Below are positions 25,272 through 37,302 of a stretch of DNA of 64,000 nucleotides, piece after piece. Within the stretch, counting starts at the first letter, position 1. Each line of letters begins with the position of its first letter. Location: the NCBI GenBank assembly GCA_951406725.2, contig OX597840.1:13144001-13208000 (forward strand). The letters are read 5' to 3'. This stretch comes from Octopus vulgaris (Eukaryota). The translations under genes and the position numbers were made by a program. The notes under the pieces were generated by a model that was not told where the DNA came from, made no database searches, and worked only from the letters and a program-made list of their open reading frames with translations.

Positions 25272-25650
25272 TCATCGTTTAACGTCCGTTCTCCATGCTA
25301 GCATGGGTTGGACGATTCAACTGGGGTTTGGGAAGCCAGAAGGCTGCACCAGACCCAGTCAGATCTGGCAGTGTTTCTACAGCTGGATGCCCTTCCTAAC
25401 GCCAACCACTCCATGCGTGTAGTGGGTGCTTTTACATGCCACCGGCACAGGTGCCAGACGAGGCTGGCAAACGGCCACGATCGGATGCTGCTTTTTACCT
25501 ACCACCGGCACGGGGGCCAGGCGAGGCTGGCAACAGCCACAATCGGTTGGTGCATTTTACGTGCCACCGGCACAGAGGCCAGTCGGGGCAGCGCTGGCAA
25601 CGGCCACGTTCAGATAGTTCTCTTACGTGCCATCAGCACTGGTATCACAG
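25272..25650 (-). mobile_element. RTE LINE 3'UTR fragment (or partner SINE tail)
   Basis: Matches 42885-43250, including tgccaccggcac sub-repeats and the terminal cgtccgtt-tccatgctagcatgggttggacg. Confidence 0.8.
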
Positions 25651-25727
25651 CTGTATATATATATATTTGTGCGTGTGTGTGTATATATATATATGTATCC
25701 GTTTTTTATATGGGAAAGGCCATGGTA

Positions 25728-25910
25728 ATCTGTTATATAAAATCCGTTCTGTCTGTCTGTGTGTGTGTCTTCTAGGATCTCCGGCATCCTCCATCCGATT
25801 GCGCTCAAATTTGATATGTAGATACCAACGGTATCAGGGCGTGTATAAGTCTTGAAAAAATTACAAAAATCAATTCCAGGTGAGAATGCGATCGATAAAG
25901 TGAATAAAAT
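25728..25910 (+). mobile_element. Helitron/DINE-like non-autonomous 5' fragment
   Basis: a|tctgttatataaaa start followed by (GTCT/GT)n and ccgattgcgctcaaattt; architecture resembles DINE/HINE elements. Confidence 0.4.
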
Positions 25911-26204
25911 CGTTTTTCTTTGGAATAGAAAAAAAGTCTATTTTTATTTCTTCTTTTGCTGGTGTCTCAAATTTAGGTTAAATCAGTGTTTCTCAAAGGG
26001 GGACAAGTTGTTTTGAGAATATTTGGTTTAAATGTTTGACAACTCAGCACCATCCATTGGACGGGGGGGGGGGGGGCGTTTTGCTCGTATTTGTATATGA
26101 TGAAATGTATGGAGGCTTGGTGTTATATAAAGTCGTTGACTCGAATTTGATGTTTGTTCTATTATCAATGTTTTATGTATATATATATATGAGTGTGTGT
26201 GTGT

Positions 26205-26552
26205 CTGGAGGTGCAGTGGTTAGGGCAGCGAACTTGCAGTCATAGGACTGTGGTTTCGATTCCCAGACCGGGCTTTCTGAGTGTTTATTAAGTAAAGACA
26301 CCTAAAGCTCCATGAGGCTCTGGCAAGGGGTGGTGGCAAACCCTGTTGTACTCTTTCACCACAACTTTCTCTCACTCTTTCTACCTCTTTCTGCCTTGTC
26401 ACACTCTGTGTCATGCTGAATTTCTCCGAGAACTATGTTAAGGGTACACATGTCTGTGGAGTGCTCAGCCACTTGCACATTAATTTCATGAGCAAGCTGT
26501 TCCGTTGATTGGATCAAATGGAACCCTCATTGTTGTAACCGACAGAGTGCCA
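26205..26552 (+). mobile_element. SINE family C copy with tail X
   Basis: Head, body and tail as at 28606-28995. Confidence 0.82.
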
Positions 26553-26564
26553 CGATGATATATA

Positions 26565-26980
26565 TTCTTTTACTTGTTTTAATCACTTGACTGGGGCCAT
26601 GCTGGAGCACTACCTTTTAGTTGAAGAAATTGACCCCTGGACTTAATCTTTGTATGTCTGATACTTATTCTGTCAGTCCCTTCTGCCTAACTGCTAAGTT
26701 ATGGGGATGTAAACACACCAACGACAGTTGTCAAGTGATGGGGGTGGGAGACAAACACAGACACAAAGACACATATAAATATATATATATATATATATAT
26801 ACATACACACACACACACACTACAGGCTACTTTCAGTTTCTGTTCACCAAATTGACTCGCAAGGTTCAGGTCAATCTGAAGCTATAGTAGAAAAACACTT
26901 GCCCAAAGTGCCATATAGTGGGACTGAACCCAGAGCTGTGTGGTTGGAAAGCAAGCTTCTTACCACACAGTCAAGCCTGT
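26565..26980 (-). mobile_element. SINE family A copy
   Basis: Family motifs. Confidence 0.8.
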
Positions 26981-27147
26981 ATTTGTATATATGTATAAAA
27001 TTCAATGGGCTTCTTTCTGTTTCTATCTATCAAATCCACTCCCAAGGCTTTAGTCTGCTGAGGCTGTAGTAGACGACATTTTCCCAAATTACCAAGCAGT
27101 GGGACTGAACCTGGAACCATGGGGTTGGGAATGTAAGCTTTTTTTTT

Positions 27148-27552
27148 TCTTTATTGCCCACAAGGATCTAAACACAGAGGGGACAGACAAGGACAGACAA
27201 AGGGATTAAGTCGATCACATCGACCCCAGTGCATAACTGGTACTTAATTTATCAACCCCAAAAGGATGAAAGGCAAAGTCGACCTTGACGGAATTTGAAC
27301 TCAGAATGTAACAGCAGATGAAATACCTATTTCTTTATTGCCCACAAGGGGCTAAACATAGAGGGGACAAACAAGGACAGACAAAGGGATTGAGTTGATT
27401 AAATCGGCCCCAGTGCTTAACTGGTATTTAATTTATCGAGCCCGAAAAAATGAAAGGCAAAGTCGACCTCAGCGGAATTTGAACTCAGAACGTAATGGCA
27501 GACGAAATACTGCTGAGCATTTCGCCCGGCATGCTAACGTTTCTGCCAGCTG
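27148..27552 (-). mobile_element. Tandem dimer of SINE family B
   Basis: Two consecutive units, 27148-27328 and 27330-27552. Confidence 0.85.
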
Positions 27553-27931
27553 CCTTCTTACCACACAACCATCCTGCTGCATACTTAATCTTCATCTCTT
27601 TCACTCAGTTTAACTTACAGGTTGTGAAACTTTGCTGTCTTACATTAATTTTTCTCCTTTCAAAATGTTCCCTGAAGAATATCTTTATTTGAAACGTTGA
27701 AATTTTCGATTGCCCACAGCATCTTTACTGTCCTCTTTGTATTGATTTTTACTAAATGACACAAGTCTTGCCGACACGGAGCAAAACTGGTCTCTTTGAA
27801 ATCTATTTGATCATGTATTTGTGTGCGAGTATTTATGTATGTATATATGTATAAGTATATATATATATATATGTGTGTGTGTGTATGTATATATATATAT
27901 ATGTATACATATATGTGTGCGTGTGTGTGGG

Positions 27932-27963
<32 letters not shown>

Positions 27964-28019
27964 CATTTATGCATATATGTGTGTGTGTATATGTATATGC
28001 ATACATGTGTGTATGTATG

Positions 28020-28057
<38 letters not shown>

Positions 28058-28605
28058 GGAGTAAACACATAAATGTGAAACAAGGTGGAAAAAAGAGTAC
28101 TCAAATACCAGTGGTAGAGTAATATGCTTTATTTTCTGCTGCTTAAAATAAAGTATATATATATATATATATAGGTATATATGTATACATAAGTCAGTGT
28201 TTAAATATATATATATATGCATGAAATTTTTTTAAAGATATAAATGAAATAAAAATACAAAAATATATATAAACAACATCAATGGGATATAAAAGGAATC
28301 ATAAATATGAAAATATAAATATAAATGTAAAAAGAAGTTTAAAAATATACAATATATATATTCCACACTCACACACACACACACACTACACACATTGTTG
28401 AATGATCGTTGACTTCTCATTAGTATCTACACTCTTTGATGAGTCTTAATTTTTGTTCCGTTAGGTGTCCAACAATTACCCTCCTCACCAAGCAAGCTTG
28501 GTGGGGTTGCCTATTTAGTCAGACAACCCAAACATGTAACAGGTTGTACTGGGTTACATGTTACCAGTAGTGTTCAAGAGTGACCTGATATATGTATATA
28601 TACAG

Positions 28606-28995
28606 TGTGGAGACGCAATGGCCCAGTGGTCAGGGCAGCGGATTCGCGGTCATAGGATCGCGGTTTCGATTCCCAGACCGGGCGTTGTGAGTGTTTATTG
28701 AGCGAAAACACCTAAAAAAGCTCCACGAGGCTCCGGCAGGGGATGGTGGTGATCCCTGCTGTACTCTTTCACCACAACTTTCTCTCACTCTTACTTCCTG
28801 TTTCTGTTGTACCTGTATTTCAAAGGGCCGGCCTTGTCACTCTCTGTGTCATGCTGAATATCCCCGAGAACTACGTTAAGGGTGCACGTGTCTGTGGAGT
28901 GCTCAGCCACTTACACGCTAATTTCACAAGCAGGCTGTTCCGTTGATTCGGATCAACCAGAACCCTTATCGTCGTAACCGACAGAGTGCTTCCAT
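28606..28995 (+). mobile_element. SINE family C copy with tail X (young, CpG-rich)
   Basis: Box A tggcccagtggtcagg, box B gtttcgattccc, intact CpGs. Confidence 0.88.
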
Positions 28996-29404
28996 ATATA
29001 CAGTAATCCCTTGCCATATTGTGGTTCACCTATAACACTGATTTTTCTGGCTAATATATGTAAATTTATATTGTGGGTTCCTCAGTATATTGCAGGTTTT
29101 TCGGCTGACATGTATTTAGATTTTTTTAGATTTCAATTATTTCTGAGGTAAAATAAACATTTTCATGCCTAAAAATTAATGAATAGAAATACAGTACTGC
29201 ACTGTATAACACATTAATTAAAATATATTAAAAGAAAATACGTAGTGTACCATAGATGAGTAAACACAGAATTACACATACTGTATGGAAGACGAAACTT
29301 GGGAGGTGAGTGTGTGGTGGTGTTTTGCATTTATAATAAAATAAATATATATACAAATTATAAAAATGATAAAAAATATATACAGTACAGTACTGTTTCT
29401 AATT

Positions 29405-30022
29405 CTCTTTTACTTGTTTCAGTCATTTGACTGTGGCCATGCTGGAGCACTGCCTTTAGTTGAGCAAATCAACCCCGAAACTTATTCTTTGGAAGCCTTG
29501 TACTTATTCTATCGGTCTCTTATACCAACTGCTAAGTTACGGGGACGTAAACACACCACCATTGGTTGTCAAGCGATGTTGGGGGGACAAACACAGACAC
29601 ACAAGCATATACACACACATACATATATACATATATACGACAGGCTTCTTCAGTTTCTGTCTACCAAATCCACTCACAAGGCTTTGGTCGGCCTGAGGCT
29701 ATAGTAGAAGACACTTGCCCAAGGTGTCACGCAGTGGGAATGAACCCAGAACCATGTGGTTGGAAAGCAAGCTACTTACCACACAGCCACTCCTGCGCCT
29801 ATGTACAGGGGGATGCTGATAAGTTTCTGGCTTTGGGTAAAAGAAAATACAGGAAGATCAGTTAATTATGATTTTATTCAACATATTCTCCTCTCAGATT
29901 CACACACTTATTGCAGCAGTCCTTCAGTCTTTCTAAGCCCTTTAAAAGAACTCAGAAGGTTAGGTCTCCAATCAGGCGTTTTGCAATACCCTTAAAGCCA
30001 GGAACTTTTCAGCAGCCCCTTC
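29405..30022 (-). mobile_element. SINE family A copy joined to a mariner MITE (same junction as 21490-22102)
   Basis: cacagccactcctgcgcctatgtaca(a/g)ggggatgctga at both loci. Confidence 0.85.
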
Positions 30023-30329
30023 TATATACACACATATACATATACACATATACGATGGGCTTCTTTCAGTTTCCGTCTACCAAATCTACTCTCAAGGCTT
30101 TGGTCGGCCTGAGGCTATAGTAGAAGTCACTTGTCCAAGGTGCCACGCAGTGGGACTGAACCCAGAACCATGTCCATATATATACATGCGTGTGTGTGTG
30201 TATTTATCTACATGTGCATTAGTGAAGATATGTTTTAGCCAGAATTAGCCCAGGTCATGTCTAACTTAATTGCACCAACTAATGAAGTTCTACTAATCAT
30301 GATTAGCTTGTGTTTTGTGTCATTAAAGG

Positions 30330-30555
30330 CCACCCAAATTATGGCCCTGTTATTGGCTCGATCATCTCCAGGTATAGGGAATTTGTCAGATATTTCTTGG
30401 AGGAATTTGTGCAGGTACTGTTTAAAGGGCCGAGCATCCTTTTGTCCCCTGGTTTATTTTGGGTCTATGTTTAGTATAGCTAAGCCATCTGAAGAGAAGT
30501 AGTTGTACTTCAGTGTGTTTATAAATTGTGACCCTTATTTATGTAAGGGATCCAT
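30330..30555 (-). mobile_element. Degenerate CR1/L2-type LINE ORF2 C-terminal fragment
   Basis: RC reads ...PFKQYLHKFLQEISDKFPIPGDDRANN with upstream stops, resembling the FK..LDKFL..IPD.P..PG terminus of invertebrate CR1/L2 elements. Confidence 0.45.
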
Positions 30556-30874
30556 AACCCCCCCACCCAACCTCCATACTCATATTTCCCATGACTGACA
30601 TCACCGGTTTTTGTCTTTTATTTGTTTCAGTCCTTAGACTATGGCCATACCTTGAAGAATTTTAGTGGAATGAATTAACCCCAGTGCTTATTTTAGTAAG
30701 CCTGGTACTTTCTCTGTTGATCTCTTTTACTGAACTGCTAGGTTACATGGACAAACACACCACCAATGTTTGTCAAGCAGTGGTAGGGGACAAACTGGTG
30801 CAAACACACACACACATGCATTTACAAAGATACACACAAACATACTTATATATATGTATATATATATATATATA

Positions 30875-30925
<51 letters not shown>

Positions 30926-31244
30926 CGTATGTGTGTACCATGATGTTCCCATGATCTAATGAGTTAACTTTCTTTATTCACATTAAATAGTGAATATACA
31001 ATTTTACTGGATAATGCTGAGCTTATATAATCATGCACACATGTACGTATAAATTTTGCATCCTAAAATTAATACTACATGAAGAAGGTTGCGAAACAGC
31101 TGTAACCATATGGAATTCATGTGTAAAAATAAATCTCTCTTTATGTCTTACACCTCCTGACTTTATGTTTTTATTTGCTCCTTATGAATAAATTCATAGT
31201 TTGGATTTTCTGGATGGTCAGTTACATGGACACATTAGATTATA

Positions 31245-31760
31245 TTATTGGGTCATCCCACAAATAATGTGGATTTTATACTTCTTTTATTTTTCAAGAT
31301 AAACTCTCTTTTATTTTCTACAATGCTCTTCCATATATCTGGTAGATTTGCAAGGCGCCTCTTTCAAAATTCACTTGTCCATGACAAAAAATACTCCCCC
31401 AGTACTGTTCTGACCTTGTCCACAGAATTCATAATTTTTCCATCCAAATGATTTTGAAGACTGCGGAATAAATGATAATCAGATGAGGCAATGTCCAGTG
31501 GATACGGTGGGTGGGGAATTGTTTCCTATTCAAACTGTTCCAACTTTTGGAATGTCATCCTTGCTGTATATGGCCAAGCATTATCCTGATGGAAGTATAC
31601 CTTTCGTCTTGAAATCAAAGATGGTCATTTTTCTTCTAATGCTGACTTTAGCTGCTTGCAGTAGATCTCCTGTGTTATTGTTTGGTTTGGGTTTAAAAGT
31701 TCAAAGAGTATTAAACCATTTGTATCCCATGAAACAGATAGCAACACCTTAGATGAGTTG
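31245..31760 (-). mobile_element. Mariner (DD34D-type) 3' fragment, degenerate
   Basis: RC HPPYPLDIASSDYHLFRSLQNHLDG (YSPDLAPSDY-like); end tattgggtcatccca shared with the 46549 copy. Confidence 0.8.
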
Positions 31761-32146
31761 CACTAGTGTTCAGGACCAAATCAGAAAATGGAAAAATTTA
31801 CTTACAGATGTTTTTATCTAAAGACATTGAAATTATAGAAATTCTTACCTACAGCTGTTTCCATACACAGTTCTTTAATTTCAGAAATAAAATTCCATAC
31901 AAGAAAACAGTGAATTCCATATAAGAAAACAGGGAAATTTCTAAAGGAAATTTAACAACGTGTAGGCTAACCTATGACACACACACACACAGTCATATAT
32001 ACATATACACATACATACACACACACACACACTCACGGATGAAAAATACTGGGAATGTTACAAATGCATTAAATTGTTAGACGTAAATGATGGCAATGTA
32101 TGATTGATATGTATATATATATATGCACATCTGTTTATATTTATGA

Positions 32147-32186
<40 letters not shown>

Positions 32187-32265
32187 CATTCAAAATGTGA
32201 CTGCGTGTGTACCGTTGGCGATTTTTTCCTCCGTCTTCCCTTCTTTGGATCTTTCCTTTTCCTAT

Positions 32266-32300
32266 GTTTCTGACGAAGAGCTCCGCTCGAAACGTAAAAC
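32266..32300 (+). ncRNA. Minimal type I hammerhead motif with intact core (35 nt)
   Basis: gttt-CTGACGA-a-gagc-tcc-gctc-GAAA-cg-TA-aaac: stem I gttt/aaac, stem II gagc/gctc, palindromic ACGU stem III; predicted cleavage after A32296. Confidence 0.7.
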
Positions 32301-32595
32301 CTTCCTTCATCCTTTCCTTCCTGAGCGTCCAATAATACTATATTTGTTCCACGTCCTCGTGTTGTTGTGTTATCTCTTTGTGTTTTCATGTTTGGATTAA
32401 ACTATATATATATATGCCTGTATATGTATATTTGTGAATATGTGATCTGATTAATAAGTATCTGGACTGTTGCCATAATAACAAAGCTAAAGCATGCAGA
32501 GTGAAGCCACTTGGCGCAAATTGACCTTGAACTCTGCTGTGCATGTGCAATAAGTCTTTTAGCATTGTAGCCCACTTCCGCTGTTTACAGCAGTA

Positions 32596-33441
32596 TTCAG
32601 TAGCCATGATAAAACTCCAAGTTTCAGATGTTGGGGCAGAAACTCGCCGGCATCTCTTCAGTTATCGGGCCATCAAAAATGCTATGATATATATATATGC
32701 ATGTGTGTGTATTAACCATGATATGTGTGCATAATGTGTGCATTAACCATGATAGAGAGAGTTGAGGAGAGAATCTGCATCAAATTTTGACAAAATCTTG
32801 GTGATGCCTGCTCAGAGGCCTATGCAAAGTTTTCAAAAAGTTTTCATCATTCTCAACACAATCAAGGAGATCTTGTGCATCTAAAACCCTAGTGTCTCTT
32901 TTGGTCAGCTGAAAGCAGTTTTGCCACAAACTTGGTGGACATGCGTCTCATACCCAAATCTTCACTGATAATGGACTGAACTGAACTGATCTGCACATCC
33001 TCTGATAACTCATGGATGGTGATTCAACGATTTCTCCTCACTGCTGCATGCATATCTGTGATGTTTTTTCTCAGTTCTGTCGGTTGCGGGTCTCCCAGAA
33101 CGTTCGTCACAATCGTCATTTTTTCAGTCATCTTGGAAACGTCTGAACCACTTGTACACTCGTGTGTGACTCATACACTCCTCTCCATGCACTTTCTGCA
33201 ACTTCATGTAGGCCTCTGAACAAGATTGCCATGACAACTTTCTTTATCATGGTCAGTGTGACAATCACACATTATACACATTACTTCTAAGCACTACTGT
33301 AAACGGGAAGCGAGCTAGAACATTAAAACTTGGTGTGCATGCACAGCAGAGGTCAAAGTGAATCTTTACCAAACGGCTTCACTCTGCATGATTTAGTTTC
33401 ATTACTATGGCAACCGCCCAGACCTCGTATAAATGCATGTG

Positions 33442-33472
<31 letters not shown>

Positions 33473-33580
33473 GCATATATATATATCATAGCATTTTTTT
33501 TGATGGCCCGATAACTGAAGAGATGCCGGCGAGTTTCTGCCCCAACATCTGAAACTTGGAGTTTCATCATGGCTACTGAA
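32596..33580. repeat. Near-identical ~115-bp inverted repeat (32596-32710 vs 33465-33580) enclosing a degraded mariner-like segment
   Basis: Arms differ by about 2 substitutions and A-run length; related copies at 46150-46260 and 46400-46530. Confidence 0.85.
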
Positions 33581-33846
33581 TAATTGTCACATATTAGTTT
33601 TACAGATAAATTTCTCTATTTACATAATATCGAGGTCTCTTTCATTCTTTTGTTGTCTTACCATTTATATATATAATATATATATGTATTTTCTCCTTGT
33701 TTTTTCTGCGTCCCTTTCTGTAGAAGAGCGTAGGCTCAAAACATAAAAGACTTTTTCTATTCCTGAGCGTTATACTAATACATCTGTTTGTTTTGTTTAC
33801 CACCTGTCTTTGTCTTTTGGTTTTTTCGTAAATTCTCCCTATATAT

Positions 33847-33907
<61 letters not shown>

Positions 33908-33930
33908 CAGACACACACACACATACACAA

Positions 33931-34011
33931 GGCTCTGATGAAGCTATAAGGTGTTACTCAGACACTCAACCATGAGTGCACTGCATCTTATAGCAGAAAC
34001 AGCTGTAACCC
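33931..34011 (+). ncRNA. Type I hammerhead motif with a long stem II
   Basis: ggct-CTGATGA-a-gctataaggtgt...gcatcttatagc-a-GAAA-cagctg-TA-accc; inner hairpin cactca-acca-tgagtg; palindromic ACAGCTGT stem III; stem I has a C-C mismatch. Confidence 0.7.
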
Positions 34012-34127
34012 ATTTTTTCCCTTGTCATCTCATTTACTTATCTTTTATATATAAATTTAATTATTTATTTATTTATTCATTCCTTCACATATATTTATAT
34101 TTGTTTCTGTTTTTTTTGTTCTTTCAG

Positions 34128-34259
34128 GTAGTAAGTTCTTGGCTAGCATACTGGTGGCACCAGTTAAGAACGAACATGGAGATATTATCATGTTTATTAT
34201 TAATTTCGAGGATATTACTGATGCACCTTCCAAAACAGAATTCAAAAATTTCAAAATTA
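34128..34259 (+). CDS. KCNH2-like (erg): Internal exon of an ERG-type KCNH (ether-a-go-go-related) voltage-gated K+ channel, C-terminal PAS/PAC region
   Basis: Polypyrimidine tract + cag acceptor, gtaagt donor, 132 nt, phase 1-1. Translates (G)SKFLASILVAPVKNEHGDIIMFIINFEDITDAPSKTEFKNFKI, cf. hERG [28 protein letters not shown]. IMFIxNFE is ERG-like rather than EAG/ELK-like. Confidence 0.92.
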
Positions 34260-34389
34260 GTAAGTAAACTTTTTAGACATTTTCATCGTTAAATTTAAAA
34301 CTAATTAATTAATTTCAGGTGAAAATATATTTTTACAGTGAAAGATGTTTACTAAAGCAAAAGAAAAAAAGAGAGTTTTTTATACTGTA

Positions 34390-34391
<2 letters not shown>

Positions 34392-34433
<42 letters not shown>

Positions 34434-35215
34434 AGGATGTTGACGATGATGAGGGTAACCTTGGCAGGATTTGAACTCTTCAGGTCAGGATTTGGATCAT
34501 ACATTGCAAGCATTTATCCCAAAGCTCTTGTGATTCTGCCAGTTTGCAGCCTCAGTATTGGTAACAATAATGGTTTCTATGGTGATGGTGATGGTGATGG
34601 TGATGGTGATGGCAGTAGTGGTGGTGATGATGATGTTGATGATGGTGATGGCGGCGGTGGTGGTGGTGGTGGTGGTGGTGGTGGTGGTGATGATGATAAT
34701 GTTAATGATGCTGATGGTGATGGTGGTGGTGATAAAAATGATGATAGTTATGACAATGATGATGTTGATGAATGATGAAGATGGTGGTGATGATGATGTT
34801 GATGAAAGATTATGATGGTGGTGATGATAAATTGTAGTGATGATGATGATGATGATGATGATGACCTAGGTGAGAATGATGATGGTTGTGTAGATTAATG
34901 ACAATCATGATCTTGATGATTATGATAACGTTTATGATTGATGATGATGATGATGATGATGGTGATAATTTTGATGAATGAAAATGATGATAACGATGGT
35001 TATAAGAAATGATGGTTATGATGGATATGAATGAAGCTGATGATGATGTTTATGATAAATGATGATGATTATAGTGATGGTTATGAGTCATGATGAAGAT
35101 ACCTTGATGATGATGGTAGTGAAGGTTATGAATGATGATGATAATGACTGCGATGATTTATGAATGATGATGATTAAGAATCATGATGATGATTATCTTG
35201 ATGATGATGATGAAT
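34392..35215. repeat. (ACT)n followed by (GAT/GGT)n low-complexity tract
   Basis: Directly visible. Confidence 0.9.
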
Positions 35216-35264
35216 TCATACAACACATTTTTATGGCTAGTAACATCATAGGCTGGAGATTTTC

Positions 35265-35335
35265 ATCCAGCCAATCACTGGTTCCTGCCGTCTCCGATAG
35301 CAACCGCAAAGCAGGAGCATTTGCATAAATTACCA
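35265..35335 (+). promoter_or_regulatory. Candidate cis-regulatory cluster: CCAAT, RFX X-box-like and POU octamer motifs
   Basis: ccaat 35271, gtctccgatagcaac 35290-35304 and atttgcat 35319-35326 in a short unique CpG-containing island. Confidence 0.3.
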
Positions 35336-36605
35336 TATGCACTCTATAGCTGGATGGTAAACAAGTTCACTTTACAGCCACATGATGTCAGGTTCAACCC
35401 CACTTCGTGACATCTTGGCCAAATATTATTTTTTGGTGGCCTTAGATGGAAACTGAAAAAGCCCATCATGTGTGTGTGTGTGTGTATGTTTTTGTATGAG
35501 TATATATGTGTGTATATGTATATGTGTCTGTATATGCATGTGTTCATATACAACCATCCTCATCATCATTTAGCATCCACTTTCCATGCTGACATAGGTA
35601 AAATGGTTTGACTGGAACTGGGCTAGCGATCTATCATGGCAAATGTATGTATATATATAATATATATATATATATAATATATATATATATTATCATGACT
35701 ATAATCATGAACATATTTGAATTTGATTGTTCCTTTATTAATATCATTATAGTTAAGACTTTCTATAGATTTTCCCTAGTTTGTCCACCTGAAGTTCTGC
35801 ACGTCCACATGTGTGTGTGGTTAAGAAGCTTGATTTGTGAGAACCGAGTGGTTTCTGGTTCAGTCCTAGTCTCGCTGTGGTGCACCTTGGGCAAGTGTCT
35901 TCTTTTATAGCTCCAGACTGACCAATACTTTGTGAGTGAAGTAAAATCGTAGTTGTGGCCTGTACCGGTAATATGTGAAGGGCATTCATACTAGTGATAT
36001 GTGAAAGGCACCCGTGTCAGTGACACATAAAAGGGACCCAATACACACTATGGCATGGTTGGCATTAGGACAGGCATCCAGCTGTAGAAACCAAACCAAA
36101 TCAGATTGGAGTCTGGTGCAGCTTTGGGGCTTACCAGTTCCAGTCAAACCGTCTAACCAATGCCACCATGGAAAGCAGACATTAAATGATGATGATGTTG
36201 ATATATATGATGGGCTTCTTTCAATTTCTGTCTACCAAATCCAGTCACAAAGCTTGGGGCAGTCTGAGGGTATAGTAGAAGACAATTGCCCGAAGTACCG
36301 TGCAGCAGGACTGAACCTAAAACCATGTGGTTGAGAAGCAAGCTTCTTACCACACAGCCACACCTGCTGCATCACGTGCAGTCCGTGGTTCTTTAAACTA
36401 GATATGATTATAGTGAGCCTGCTTTTCTGCTCTTGTAATGATTCTATCCAGGAAAGATTCAGCAGCAGTTTACTCTTCATTGATAAGGAGAGGGCAGCTC
36501 TTTGATTAATCTGAGAAGCAGTCAAAAGATGTGGGACCAACCATTGACCAAGTGGAGACACCTTTCCCAGTTCATGAAAGTGTTTCAAGATCAAACTGCA
36601 TCTCA

Positions 36606-36885
36606 AACTGAACTGTTTTGTTCATTGTTGTGCAGTTTACTTTGAATTTCTTCACTTGTGGTTTCTGAAAACCACAAGTTTTTTCTTCACTTGTGGTTTC
36701 TGAAAACTCACAAATGATAAAAATTCAGTCCATTACATTGAAGGGAACTGAACTGTTTTGTTCATTGTTGTGCAGTTTACTTTGAATTTCTTCACTTGTG
36801 GTTTCTGAAAACCACAAGTTTTTTCTTCACTTGTGGTTTCTGAAAACTCACAAATGATAAAAATTCAGTCCATTACATTGAAGGG
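36606..36885. repeat. Perfect 2 x 140-bp tandem duplication
   Basis: 36606-36745 equals 36746-36885 by eye. Confidence 0.92.
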
Positions 36886-37243
36886 AACCTATGAGGGAAA
36901 AAAAGGTTCCCAATAAAAAATTTGGCAAAGAATTGTTAACATGTCTGGACTTTCATTTCCATACACAGAATGAATGAATATTTCTTGCTGCATCCATTGG
37001 CAAAGAGCTTCTTTTGAATTCACACAGCATGCAATGTTTTCTATGGGTCTCATTTAAACTCAATTTAAAAGAGTAGAATCGATATGAATTTAACCGCTGT
37101 GATATGAAGTACTCTGAAAAGAACCTCCCACCCCACAGACTCACACAAAATAACATTAGAATGTAAAAGATGTTTATTTTACCACAAGTATTGAAAAAGT
37201 ATCCCCAAAATGATCATGTCAATTGTCAGAGAACTTCCTTTCC

Positions 37244-37302
<59 letters not shown>

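Noticed and set aside
33951-34292. 113-aa ORF from the track overlapping the exon
   Set aside because: Wrong frame; the splice-defined frame gives the ERG PAC sequence
34437-34815. Gly/Asp-rich ORF after the KCNH exon
   Set aside because: (GAT/GGT)n repeat downstream of the donor site; no credible splice sites
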